The notes: generated by a model from the letters alone, not told the origin. Counted from the whole stretch's first letter, positions 39,689-51,088 are shown. The stretch: DNA of 63,627 nucleotides, filler included, from Chiloscyllium plagiosum (GCF_004010195.1; 3 parts of one record of this genome joined end to end with filler, not necessarily neighbours in it); one strand, 5' to 3'. Translations and numbers: made by a program.

Positions 39689-40403
39689 TGTAATGTTAAA
39701 AGATTAAATTGGACTCTCTCTAGACATTAATGTAATATTGAAGGGTTTAGCTGTACTGTCTTCCTCCAGAACTTGAACATGGTAGAAGTGGGTGGGGACA
39801 ACGTTCATGCAGAAATGAATACGACTCCCACACCATTTAGTCCGCCATTTACTACTACTCTCCTACTATTATCAAATTAAACCATCATTCAGCCCCTTCC
39901 ATTCAGTAATACTTTTATAGCCATCCCCCAGCCCATCAGGTTCGTTTGTGTGACCATCCCCCGATACTGAAGCATATCACACCTACAGTCTGGGGAAGTA
40001 GCAAAGCCAGAACTCGTTTGCAGGATTGCTCTAAAGCTAGGACATATCACACTTACGTTGTCTTGGGGAAATCACGGAGTCAGGAAATCATTTGCACGAT
40101 GATTCCCCAGGATTAGGGCATCTGCATTTACCTTCTCTCCAAGGATGACCTCACCCTACCATCGTACCTGGGGTAACATGTGGTTATGGCGGGGGAAGAG
40201 TGGGCAGAGTACCTGTGAGCATTACCAACTGACTTGTATAAAGAGGATATGTTTCCATTGATCGAGGCCTCATTTTAACTCGATTTTGCACGACCAGTGA
40301 AGAGTATCAGAGGGGTCACCTAGCTTGTACAAGCTTTAATAAACTTTAACTGTTTGCAGAAGTTGGTGAGTGAGAATTGCATCTCGTGTATGAAACCTCA
40401 GGT
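39689..40403 (+). repeat. 5' LTR (last ~13 nt lost by a small deletion)
   Basis: Starts TG; TATAAA at 40237-42, AATAAA at 40338-43; colinear with 46112-47103. Confidence 0.92.
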
Positions 40404-40418
40404 GGCAGCAGTGGGATT
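40401..40418 (+). promoter_or_regulatory. Primer binding site complementary to tRNA-Leu 3' end
   Basis: GGTGGCAGCAGTGGGATT compared with the expected TGGTGGCAGCGGTGGGAT for vertebrate tRNA-Leu(AAG/TAG). Confidence 0.85.
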
Positions 40419-40539
40419 TCAACATACACGGAGCTTCCAGGTGAACTAAATAAGCGATCGTCTGAGTGTTGGTTGTGTGAGATGGATGGGTCACAAAGTA
40501 GGATTCATCTTGATCTCTTTCTCGAATACTTAACATTCA

Positions 40540-40830
40540 ATCAATCCCACGTCTCCAGGGGCTGGAACTCCTTTATCAATTATGCAGTGATGACCCCCAG
40601 AACAAGGAACAGTTCTGGCAAACCCACCTTTATACATCTTAATGGAGTAACTGGGCAGGAGAGGGAGTATCCCCTAACAGAATCACTCAGTTCAGTTTGG
40701 AACCCAAACTTGTATGGTTCAATTCACTCCAACCCCTAATTTAGGGATTAACCAAGCAGGGAGGGATTTGTTGTGTGCCCTTCAAGTCTAGATTCTCTGC
40801 CTTGATGAGAGCATTACAATTAGACATAAT
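40540..40830 (+). pseudogene. pro: Retroviral aspartic protease remnant
   Basis: LNGVTGQ flap-like segment and LGINQAGRDLLCAL at 40741-40782 (GRDLL motif); the DTGA motif is decayed. Confidence 0.75.
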
Positions 40831-40918
40831 TCTACCAAGAGACAGTTCTGGATTTATTGCATGCTCCCAATGGTAGGCTGTCGAATTGCAGCCAAAGGAT
40901 TTTACCCCTCCTCCGTAA

Positions 40919-41206
40919 GCCCCTGATCCCCACGTAATCCTTTGTTACAATTCCAATGGAGCCTCCACCAAGCTGGTAGCCACCTTTGCCCCCTTCTTAG
41001 ACTCCACTATCACTGTTATCCTAAGGCACATTGAAGGTAAAGAGGGATCTACCCTTTTAGCAGACATTCCTATCCATCTCTGGAATCAACCAGGGTCAGT
41101 TTCTCTCCACATTACCTTGTCTGTGAACGAGGGATACAAAGCAAAGGCCCTGGGATTTTTAGCACACCAGTTACAGCAGCAGTCAGACTCTCGTATCACT
41201 GACTAA
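40919..41206 (+). pseudogene. 2H phosphoesterase (CNPase/LigT-like) domain inside pol, between PR and RT
   Basis: 95 open codons: APDPHVILCY...IEGKEGSTLLAD...SLHITLSVNEGYKAKALG; His codons at 40931 and 41108 in HVIL (one substitution from HVTL) and HITL. Confidence 0.75.
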
Positions 41207-41329
41207 TGGGAAGTTAACTTATTACGCTAGCCCTTTCACTGTTGTGGGTTTACTTCGCCACTATCAGCCCCGACACGACCCCTCAGAAGAACCCTTCCCT
41301 GACCTCTGATCGGCCTCTAAACATGAAGT

Positions 41330-42660
41330 AGCATGCACTCCTGTGGATCCTATCAAGACCCAAATTACACCAGGAGCAGAACTGCCTTCAATACCCCCCA
41401 AAGACCAGAAGCCATAGAAGAGACATCAGCTTTGATAGACTCATTCCTCCAACAGGGAGTTCTAGTACCCTGCCAATTGCCCTGTAACACCCCCATTCTA
41501 CTTGTCCCGAAGCCAGGACACCCAGAGTGGAGGTTAGTACAGGATCTCCGACAGATCAACAGAATGGTCCAGCCACTACATCCGGTCGTGCCATTCTCAG
41601 CAATATCCTTGCCAGCGGCTGTGTTTTCACCATCGTTGACCTACATCATGCTTTATTTGCTCTCCTCCTGATAGCAGAGCCTCAGTATTTGTTTGCTTTG
41701 ATCTTTAAGGGTCAGCAATACACCTGGAAGCAACTCCCCCAGGGATTTGTCCACTCGCCCATTTTATTCTCCCAGGTATCGCACCGGCAGTTCTGAGCTT
41801 CAGCTCTCAGACGGCTCCAGTCGTCCAATATGTGGATAACTTAATCCTAGCTAGCCCCTCAGAATCTGCTAACATTGCAGATACCAACTGTCTCCTAAAC
41901 TCCCTTCACTCTTGGGAATATGTAATACTATCCAACAAGGTTCAGCACACCCAGCGGCAAGCTACATTTCTGGCGACATTGCTCAGTGCTTCAGACCAGC
42001 AGTTGACCCCAGACTGCATCACATCCATCCTGGCAACCCCTCCACCCATGAGCACTAAGCAATTGAATGCCTTTTTCAGCGTGGTGAACTACTGCCAACA
42101 GTGGCTCCCTAATGTAACATCACTTACCAAGCAGGTAATCCCTTTAGTTTCCAATAAGGCCTCAGGGACTTTCATTCTAACAGAAAACCCGAAGTTAGCT
42201 TTCAACGAATTAAAGGCAGCCCTCGCCAGTGCCCCAACCCTCTGGAGACCACTGTATGACAGACCCTCCTAGCTGTATGCCACTATCCTGGAGGACTGAG
42301 CAATTGTTTTAATCCAGACTCAGAACACAAGTGGCCAGTGGCCTATCACTCAACTCGCTTCGACCCGGTCACCGGGGAACCCCGCCTTGCTCACAAATTG
42401 TGCCGGCTATCTACTCCCTTGTGACAGCCACATCCAACATAACCCTCCAAAAACCCTCAACTGTATTTGTCACACATGACTGTAGTCCTCCAGACTTCCC
42501 ACCAGAACCAACACCTTACAGAGACTCAACTTAGTTGTTACGAGGCAGCCCTTCTTAACAATCCTCTTCTGACCTTCTCCTACTATTCGACCATTAACCT
42601 GGCCACTTTCCTCAGTGCCTCTCCAGAGGAGCTTTCCGAAGCTCCCCATGACTGCCTTTG
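41330..42660 (+). pseudogene. pol: Reverse transcriptase and tether, frameshifted
   Basis: CNTPILLVPKPG..WRLVQDLRQIN, QYTWKQLPQGF, VVQYVDNL (41829-40; YVDD decayed), LASAPTL, PHDCL. Confidence 0.93.
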
Positions 42661-42699
42661 GTGCAGCCATTTCTTGACATCTCCCCCCCCCCCCCCCCC

Positions 42700-44340
42700 C
42701 ATCAGTCAAGTATGTATACCTGATAGCTTGTTACCAATGCTCATTGATTGCCTTCATGCTGATACATACCATACCAAGGGGGGAATGAGTAGTATCATGT
42801 TGCATAGTTAGTGGCCACCCGACTGGCCAAGGCAGTTCAAAAGTGAGTCAGATCATGTTTGATGTGTCAGTAAGATAATGCAGGTCAAGGCGTGCAGTGT
42901 GTAACAGGAAAACCTCCCTTGCCAGCTGTTTTAAAAAATTCTCAAGGTCAGGTTCGTAGGAGAGTAGTCTGACACAGAACAAACGACCAAGAGGCGAGTC
43001 TGCTAGAATATGAGCATTTTATCCCCCGCAGCGTCGCCACAACCACCAGGCACTCACCACCCTTTGTGTGGAAAACGTGCCTTGCACATTTCTTTTAAAC
43101 ATCCAACCACAACCCCCAACACCAGCACCCCCCACTGCCTGCCCCAGTGTCCCCTCGTAATTAACCCCTCCAATCCTGGGAAAAAGCCTCATACTTTCCA
43201 CTTTGTACATTCCACTCACAATCTTATAAACTTCTATCAGATTGTCCCTCAGCCTCCTGCATTCCAGTGCAAACAAACCCAGTTGTTTTAGAAAATTCTC
43301 AAGGTCAAGGACCAGGCTCGCAGGAAAGTCGTCTGACACAGAACAAACAGCCAAGAGGCGAGTCTGCTAGAATATGGGTATTTTATTCCCCGCAGCGTCG
43401 CCTCAACCAGGTCTCGTACTTACAACGGGTCTGGTTTATACTCACTCTACGTGTTACCGGAACTGGGAGCCGTCAGTTCTCGTAGAGCGGTTGCCAACAA
43501 CCCACGCTCGGCGGTTAAACGTAACCCCGGAGCAGACTCACCGAACTGGAGACTTTTCCAGCTGATATACTCTTTTCCAGATATAAACATTCATGTGAAC
43601 AGCAGAGCAAGGCTAAAAAACACATTCCATTCTGGTTACATACAGATAAGAAGATTCACACGGGGAGGTGTGTAATAAGATTCACACGGGACTAAGCAAC
43701 ACCTCCATTCCGGTTAGATTCACACATGTATTGGGACACAATTTTAACCCTTTCACCACACCAGCAGGTCCATTTGAATGTATTCAGCTTGCTTTTATTG
43801 AACTTCTGCATGTACTTTGCTATAAGTATCGCCTTGTTGTTTTGATGTATTTAGTAGATGGATCGAGGCTTTTCCAACTACTCATAACACTGCCTCAACA
43901 GTGGTTCTTGCCTTTTGCCCTGTGTCACATGAAGATTACCCCAGCCGCAACCACTGGACTGTAGGCAACTGAGATAATCTACAGCCTACCCAGTAGGACC
44001 CCTTGGGAGATACGCACGAACCCACCCACCCGCATAGACCTAAATATTATGGGAGAGGAAATGCAGGCATACTTTCAGCAGCTAACCTAGTCTCTCAAGT
44101 TCCTTTACTCACAAGTCAGGAACACCTTCGGATCACCACCACAAACAGTGTACCAGGACTCTAATGACCCGGACAGACTTTCCAACTTGCAGACAAGACA
44201 GCTCGGGCTGACCAAAAACTGAACACCCCAAAGTTCGGACACAGGTGGAAAGGACCGTACCAGATGTTCCTATGAGCATCGATGGCAGTCAAAGTCCAAG
44301 GACAAAGCAGCTGAGTCCACTTAAGTGACTGTAAACAATG
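42700..44340 (+). pseudogene. pol: Integrase remnant, split by a nested LTR and internally deleted
   Basis: HHCC zinc finger (LHADTYHTKGGM...CLMCQ); GKPPLPA|GPFECIQLAFIEL restored after removing 42927-43760 and one TSD copy; LPFAL..TP..TTGL; RWKGPYQ. Confidence 0.88.
42927..43760 (-). mobile_element. Nested LTR element of a second family, TG...CA, 5-bp TSD CCAGC, with duplicated 3' end around a CR1 fragment
   Basis: TSD at 42922-26 and 43761-65; complete LTR 43284-43760 with AATAAA on minus near 43382; partial second copy 42927-43045; CR1 piece (LGLFALECRRLRDNLIEVYK) between them. Confidence 0.85.
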
Positions 44341-45350
44341 GCTCCCTCAAACAACCTAATAACTGTATTAGCCGCCATCGCGGTATTCGACCTAGAGGAC
44401 AATTTGTATTTTTAAGACTCCTATGCATTTGCACGGTAATCGGACTGTATGTTATCCACTCTTCTACTCTGTAGGTGCATTATTTGTTGCCATTCCCAGG
44501 TGGGATCCCCTTAACCTGTACACGATAGATATCTGTGTAGGCCAGAGTGGGAGGGCTTAGAAGGGTGGCTTCAGGTCAGCGCAGAGAGCTGATGAATTCT
44601 GGTAACACTCAGTCCCCTAACTAACTACACGGGATCCAGGGGAGAGAAGGCACTGCTTCTCAGGACAGGGGTGGGGTTGTACCTATGCCTTGGTCCCCAC
44701 GAACGCCTCTTGTGCCCAGAGACAATGTACCCACAGACTTCACCAAGCTAGCCATGGATTGTTCACCTGCACCTGTGACAAGCAAAGGCACTTAAATGAT
44801 ACTTCAGGACAGCAGTTCATTTGCAGGCATTGCAACGGTACCCATGTCAGCTCGGCTTTTAGGGCATATCCTTTTTCTGATTACCAGATGATCTGATCGG
44901 GGGAAACTCCAGCCAGGACAGGAGCTGGCGGTACATGTAGTTCGCGACTGACAGCTGTACAACAATTACGTGCTCCCGGGCCAAAATAGGGTTTGCGTTC
45001 CTTCTCAATGGAACCTTCACAACGGGCACCCAGATGCTCCCTATCCTATTCACTGTAGGGACAGCGGGACCACTCACTGTCCCGTGTCCACAGAAGGTCC
45101 CTACCCACCACAGAATAGTAGCCTGAGCTGCTAGTGAAAGATTCTGTGCAGATTGGAGGGACCCAGTAACTCTGGGATCCTCCCTGGGCTATGGGTTCTT
45201 GGGGATGCTGTCCCTAGGAGGATCAGCAGGGACAATCACAGCAAAGAACAGAAATGACCTCATTTGTGGGTGAACCATTCTTGGAAACAGTACCAGAAGG
45301 GCACTAAATGCAGTTACTTGTAAGGCTCGACACATTACAGACCCGACATG

Positions 45351-45526
45351 GAGAAAGTGAGGTCTGCAGATGCTGGAGATGAGAGCTGAAAATGTGTTGT
45401 TGGAACAGCGCAGCAGGTCAGGCAGCATCCAGGGAACAGGAGAATCGATGTTTCGGGCATAAGCCTGAAGGGCTTATGCCCGAAACATCGATTCTCCTGT
45501 TCCCTGGATGCTGCCTGACCTGCTGC
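45351..45526. mobile_element. Penelope-derived fold-back insertion with a perfect 56-bp hairpin and 14-bp TSD
   Basis: Arms 45410-45465 and 45471-45526 are exact reverse complements; TSD ACAGACC(C/A)GACATG at 45337-50 and 45527-40. Confidence 0.92.
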
Positions 45527-45632
45527 ACAGACCAGACATGCCATTGACTATTTATTCGCTCAATAAGGACTGCGTCTGTACAATTGTGGGAAATGAATGC
45601 ACTACCTATGTTATGGATGAATCATACAAAAC

Positions 45633-45859
45633 ACATTAGCAAGTTTTGAGAAGATCTGTAGGTCAGGTTGAGGTTCTGGATGTAGGTTAGCTCACTGAGC
45701 TGGGAGGTTCATTTTCAGACGTTTCATCACCATACTAGGTAACATAGTCAGTGAGCCTCCAGACGAAGAACTGCATAGGAAGCAGGAAACACCAGCAGTG
45801 CTTCATCTGGAGACTGAAAATGAACCTTCCAGCTCAGCAAGCAAACCTACATCCAGAAC
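45633..45859. mobile_element. Fold-back terminal fragment of the Penelope family seen at 3601-4451
   Basis: TTTTGAGAAGAT.TGTAG.TCAGGTTGAGGTT shared with 3604; inverted arms; minus-strand hammerhead remnant with GAAACGTC near 45718. Confidence 0.8.
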
Positions 45860-46101
45860 ATAACATGCAACTCCATTCAGCACCAATTAGATGATTTCAG
45901 ACAGGGCCCTCAGAATTTCAAAGACTGATTTGGATGGCTGCCTGGGGGATCCTACTTGCTTCTCGAGCTATTAATTTTTGCTGTCCTACTCATTGTACGC
46001 TGTGTCTCAATGGCTTGCTTAAACAGTGGCTGAAGGATCATTATGAATAAGCTGTTAAGGCCCTTCTCAGCCCCTAACTAGGGGAGTTATCATGGAATGA
46101 T

Positions 46102-46111
46102 AAGGGTGGAA
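46102..46111 (+). promoter_or_regulatory. Polypurine tract
   Basis: AAGGGTGGAA immediately before the TG of the 3' LTR. Confidence 0.8.
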
Positions 46112-47116
46112 TGTAACGTTAAAAGGTTAAATTGGTTGATCTCTCTAGACATTAATGTAGTATTAAAAAAGGGTTAAACTGTCCGATAATTACGTAATTA
46201 TGATTACATTCCCTACAGTATGGAAACAGGCCCTTCGGCCCAACAAGTCCACACCGACCCTCCAAAGAGTAACCCACCCAATCCCATTCCCCTACATTTA
46301 CCCCTGACAATTTTAGGATTGCCAATTCACCTGTGGGAGGAAACTGCATCACCAGGAAGAAACCGGAAAACCAGGAGGAAACCCACACAGACACTGGGAG
46401 AACATGCAAACTCCACACAGACAGTCGCCAGAGGCTGGAATTGAACCCGGGGCCCTGGTGCTGTGAGGCAGCAGTGCTAACCACTGAGCCACCGTGAACT
46501 TGAACATGCTGGAAGTGCACAGGGATGACATTTATGCAGGAATGCAGATGACTCCCACTTCATTTAGGCAAGCATTTACTACTACTCTCTTACTATCAAA
46601 TTAAACTCTCATTCAGTCCCTTCCATTCAGAAATACTTTTATAGCCATCTCCCAGCCAATCAGGTTCATTTGCGTGATCATCCCCTGATACTGAAGCATA
46701 TCACATTCTGCATTGTCTGGGGAAGTAATGGAGCCAGAACTCATTTGCAGGGCCACTCCGAAGTTTGGACATATACAAACTATTTCCTGATTCCGTGAAG
46801 GTGTCATAACGATTCCCCAGGATTAGGGCATTTACATTATCTCGGAGGATGACTTCATCCTATGTGTGTGTAGGTGAGAGAGAGTGAGTGTGAGAGAGAA
46901 AGAGTGGCTGAAGTACCTGTGAGCCTTACCAACTCACCTGTATAAACAGAATGTATTTCCTTTGTTCAGTGCCTCACTTTGACTCTTTCGCATGACCAGC
47001 ATAGAGTGTCAGGGGAGTCATCTAGCTTATACAAGCTTTAATAAACTAACTGTTTGCAGAAGTTGGAATATGCGAATTGCATCTTGTGTATGAAACCTCA
47101 GGTAAAGAACCTAACA
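46112..47116 (+). repeat. 3' LTR, interrupted by a SINE
   Basis: TGTAACGTT...CCTAACA; TATAAA at 46941, AATAAA at 47040; colinear with the 5' LTR. Confidence 0.92.
46184..46496 (-). mobile_element. HE1/V-type tRNA-derived SINE inserted in the 3' LTR
   Basis: Minus strand: GGTGGCTCAGTGGTTAGC (A box), GGTTCAATTCC (B box), GTCTGTGTGGAGTTTGCATGTTCTCCC core, CR1-like tail; absent from the 5' LTR. Confidence 0.92.
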
Positions 47117-47464
47117 CCAGCACTAGGCTCTGCAGCATTCAACGAACAACAGCTTGGTAAATTGATAGCAAGATATGATAAGGAACTGATAATTATGAAC
47201 AGAATGATTGCTTATCCATATTCTCTTGCTGTATGTTAGCCATCTGGACTAGATAACTAATTCACTCTAACCAGAGCTGGTTTTTCCAGTACCGCAAGTG
47301 GCATTATAAAGGGAGTTCTTCAGTTTAAATCCTGCAAGTCACAGCCTAAAGCAAGGCCTTTAAGGTGTCAAGAAGCACAGCTGGGCCTAATTAAGCAGCA
47401 ACTGAAGCTGGACCCTCATCAAAAGTCAACTCGGCCTTTTATTTACAGACATAAAAGGTGATGA

Positions 47465-48347
47465 TGATACGAAAGTCGGAGGAGTTGTTGACAGTGAGGA
47501 AGGATGTGGCAGGTGACAGCAGGATATAGAGAAGCTGCAGAGCTGGGCAGAAAGGTGGCAAATGGAATTCAATGTAGCTAAGTGTGAGGTGATTCACTTT
47601 GGGAAGAATAACAAAAAGATGGGGTACTGGGCTAATGGTCGGATACTTGGTAGTGTGGATGAGCAGAGGGATCTTGGTGTCCATGTACACAGATCTCTGA
47701 AAGTTGCCACCCAGGTAAATAGTGCGGTGAGGAAGGCATATGGCATACTGGCTTTTATTGGTAGAGGAATTGAGTTCCGGAGTACTGAGGTCATGATGCA
47801 GTTGTATAAAACTCTGGTGCGGCCGCATCTGGAATATTGTGTGCAGTTTTGGTCGCCATACTATAGGAAGGATGTGGAGGCACTGGAACGGGTGCAGAGG
47901 AGGTTTACCAGGATGTTGCCTGGTATGGAAGGAAGATCGTATGAGGAAAGACTGAGACACTTGGGGCTGTTTTCATTAGAGAAAAGAAGGTTTAGGGGTG
48001 ACTTGAATGAGGTGTACAAGATGATTAGGGGGTTAGATAGGGCCGACAGTATGAACCTTTTCCCGCGTATTGAGTCGGGTATTACAAGGGGGCATAGCTT
48101 TAAATTAAGGGGGGGTAGATATAGGACTGATGTTAGGGGTAGGTTCTTCACTCAGCGAGTCGTAAGTTGATAGAATGCCCTGCCAGTAGCAGTGGTGGAC
48201 TCTCCCTCTTTATGGGCATTTAAGCGGGCATTGGATAGGTATATGGAGGATAGTGGGTTAGTATAGGTTAGGTGGGCTTGGATCGGCGAAACATCGAGGG
48301 CCAAAGGGCCTGTACTACGCTGTATTCTTCTATGTTCTATGTTCTAT
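47465..48347 (+). mobile_element. Young CR1 LINE 3' end
   Basis: 202-aa open frame 47562-48170 with canonical CR1 C-terminal motifs; tail (TTCTATG)n. Confidence 0.95.
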
Positions 48348-49195
48348 AAATCTATAAACTTAGAGTGACTTACAATACAGTACTACAGTTAGGATAATTA
48401 ATGGGGGGGGATAAAAATAAAAAAAAAAAGGTGCTCTATTGATTTTGTTTTCTCTAACTTTTACCATCCTTAGCAATAGATTCTTCCACAAATACAATGT
48501 TATAGCTATAACAGGGGCATGAGTACAGCATGACATGATTTGAATACAAATCTTGAAGGATACACTATGCTTAGGAAAGACAAAGCTAGGAATAAATGGA
48601 GCAGTAGTTCTGTTAATGATGGTATTTGTCATTGCTCTCTCTAAAGTGCAAGTTCAGGACAGTAAAATAAGCAAACAATTCAGGTACGATTGAGAAATAA
48701 TAAAGGCAAGATCACTTAAGGGAGCAGATTGATTAAACAATAATTAATATTGTTTTAGTAAATCTGATGTGGGCACCATTGACTGGATCAATATTCATTG
48801 CCCATCCTAATTCTCATATGCAGACGATAGTGAACTGCTTGCGTACAGAAGGTACACTAGAATAATGCCTTATGCAAGGGTTATCTTAGTAGGAAAGGTT
48901 GAACAGACTATGTATTGGACATGCATAAGATGAAAAAGTGACTTTTCTGAAATAAAAAGACCCTCAGGAGTCTTCACAAGATAAATGTGAAGAGGAGGTT
49001 TCTTCTTATGGGAGAACATGGAACTAAGGATGACTGTTTATAAACCAAGGGACACACACTTAAGGTAAAGATTAAGAGACATTTTCAAGGGTCATAAGTC
49101 TTGGGATCACTTCCTGAAAGTTGTGTAAGCAGAGTCCTTGAGTATTTTGAAACAAACAGACAATGCTCAAACATATTCAGCAACAGTAAACATAC

Positions 49196-49285
49196 CTGTA
49201 GCATGTCATCAATCATCGTCAGAATGTACTGCACCGTTTGCTCCTTAGATATGTGCGTCATTAAGTTCAAAAAGGTTTTAGCACA
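49196..49285 (-). CDS. ATP6V1H: ATP6V1H third coding exon, 90 nt ([30 protein letters not shown])
   Basis: tttag|TGT ... CAG|gtatg; matches V-ATPase subunit H sequence as recalled. Confidence 0.96.
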
Positions 49286-50988
49286 CTAAAATAAAACAAA
49301 CATTTATAATCTTTACACACAATTTCAACTACTTTCAAATTTGAAGTAGCACATTCACTTGTACACAACATTTAATCCATATAAACAGTGACAGTGCATT
49401 TCTTCTGAAATACAATTAATGTTGGCCCCAATGACATTGCATAATCTTGAATTATGTCTGCCTTCAGTTATGAACTTGGGATTTCTCACCCCCCCCTCAA
49501 CATTAGGACCTATGGAAAGAATATCAAAACAGCTATTTATTGCAGTAACAGAATGGCAAAATCTAAAAGCCAAAAACACACTTCCTTTTCCTATTAGTAG
49601 ATGGAATACACTTTAATACTTAGAAATCTACAAACTGGCAAAGAAGTAAAACAGGAATTTTGTGTACTTTTGTAGTGTGAAAGACTCTCAGAATATATAT
49701 TGCCCATGGTACCAAAATGCAAGTTGCATTCTACTGTTTTTTTGGAAAAAAACTTCCCGATTAGTGTTCCTCAAAATTACAAATTTTGCAACACGAAATA
49801 AAACAGATCTCATTTTTATTTTAATGAAGATCTTGTGAACAGTGGCTCAGACTTTGCCTCAGAGTCAGAAGATCCAGGTTTAACATTCACTCCAGGACTT
49901 GATGGCCAAGGACGATGCATTCATAACGCAATCAAAACAGATGGAATACAAATTTGTAAATCTTTCCAATATAGGCCAATAGCAGACAGTAAGAGCAAGA
50001 GATTCTGATCAGCTATGCGTTGGCGAAGAAAGATTGGAACCACTGCCATCACAATTCACAGAATGTAGATATATGCATGTAGTAGTTTGATAGTACAAAA
50101 ACCAGAGTATTGATGGAAAAACCTTTTGCCAAAGCCTTTCTTGCACTCATCAGGGCAGTTCACAAAAATTACCAAAGAGACAAAAAAAAATTTGGTAGAA
50201 GAGGAAACTGATGACTAGTTGACAAGTAGAGCTTTGTCCACGGCAATGCTCTATAAATAAGTTTGCCAGTTTATGACAACTGATAGTTAACTAAGCTTTG
50301 CTTAAATTTTAATCCAGCTGGGTCATTGGTGTAGATCAGGTTTCTATTAACAGAACAGACTTTCAGCTGGCTGGGATCCAGGATTAGCTTGCCAGGGAAG
50401 ATCATAGTACTTTGGGTCAGACCTGGCTTCAGATAAAGATCTGAAAGTGGATTTTTAACATATTCAACAACAAAATTGTCAATATTCAAAGGCAGACAAT
50501 TTTTGCACGTTCCAAACAGAATAGCTGATAATTTTTCAAATGGGCCACCCTAATAGCTGAAAATTATTAACAGCCATCAAAAAAATGATCACTATTTTTA
50601 TACACAAGCATTCTACATTAGCTTGTAATTCAAACAATTATAAATCATCCAGACCATATTAAAATTTTTCAATGAAATCCAAATTCATTCCTAAAACTCT
50701 ACTAGATCCAGATTGGTAGCTGAATAACAGACATTAAGAATTTGTTTTATTTTTGAAAACAATCAATAGTTATGAAGGAATGGGGAACTCAGAGGAAAAA
50801 AAGAATTAAAAAATGGGAAACTCACTATAATACAAAGAACTCAAAATTTCACTGCAATTCACCAGCATTATCAAAAATTACTCAGTAAAAGTATCTTCCA
50901 CTCAATGTGAAAGTCATCTACTTGAAGAAGCCCAAGCATTAAATTTAAAACAGAAAATAAATAAATACACACCAATTCCAGACTTTAC

Positions 50989-51088
50989 CTGATGGCCTTC
51001 ATTATCCAGTATCCGTTGTTTATCTTCTGAACGAGCTGCTTCAAACTTTTTAATGAATTCACAATCTTCACCTGAAATCATCTGTCCT
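50989..51088 (-). CDS. ATP6V1H: ATP6V1H second coding exon, 100 nt (GQMISGEDCEFIKKFEAARSEDKQRILDNEGHQ)
   Basis: ataag|A GGA ... CAG|gtaaa; phase continuous with both neighbours. Confidence 0.96.

Larger units (their letters stand above)
44340..46095 (+). pseudogene. env: Gamma-type env remnant with two nested Penelope-derived insertions
   Basis: Cys-rich SU; fusion-peptide-like GYGFLGMLSLGGSAG; immunosuppressive-domain-like LQTRHAIDYLFAQ restored after removing 45351-45526 and one TSD copy; CX6C in VCTIVGNECTTYV; hydrophobic TM-like stretch before the PPT. Confidence 0.85.
39689..47116 (+). mobile_element. Endogenous retrovirus (class I, epsilon/gamma-like), two LTRs, defective: LTR-PBS-(gag deleted)-PR-2H PDE-RT-(RNase H deleted)-IN-env-PPT-LTR
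   Basis: Paired LTRs starting TGTAA(T/C)GTTAAAAG; PBS; PPT; retroviral PR, RT, IN and TM motifs; probable 4-bp TSD CCAC/CCAG (39685-88 / 47117-20). Antisense to ATP6V1H. Confidence 0.95.

Noticed and set aside
39680..47140. ERV as the recombination junction creating an ATP6V1H-RB1CC1 fusion
   Set aside because: With the LTR end placed at CCTAACA (47116), the flanks give a near-matching TSD (CCAC/CCAG) and the interrupted antisense CR1 appears to resume, so this looks like a simple insertion.
50120..50165. Minus-strand CTGATGAGTGCAAGAAAG as another hammerhead
   Set aside because: No convincing stem II or cleavage-site pairing; at most a decayed remnant.
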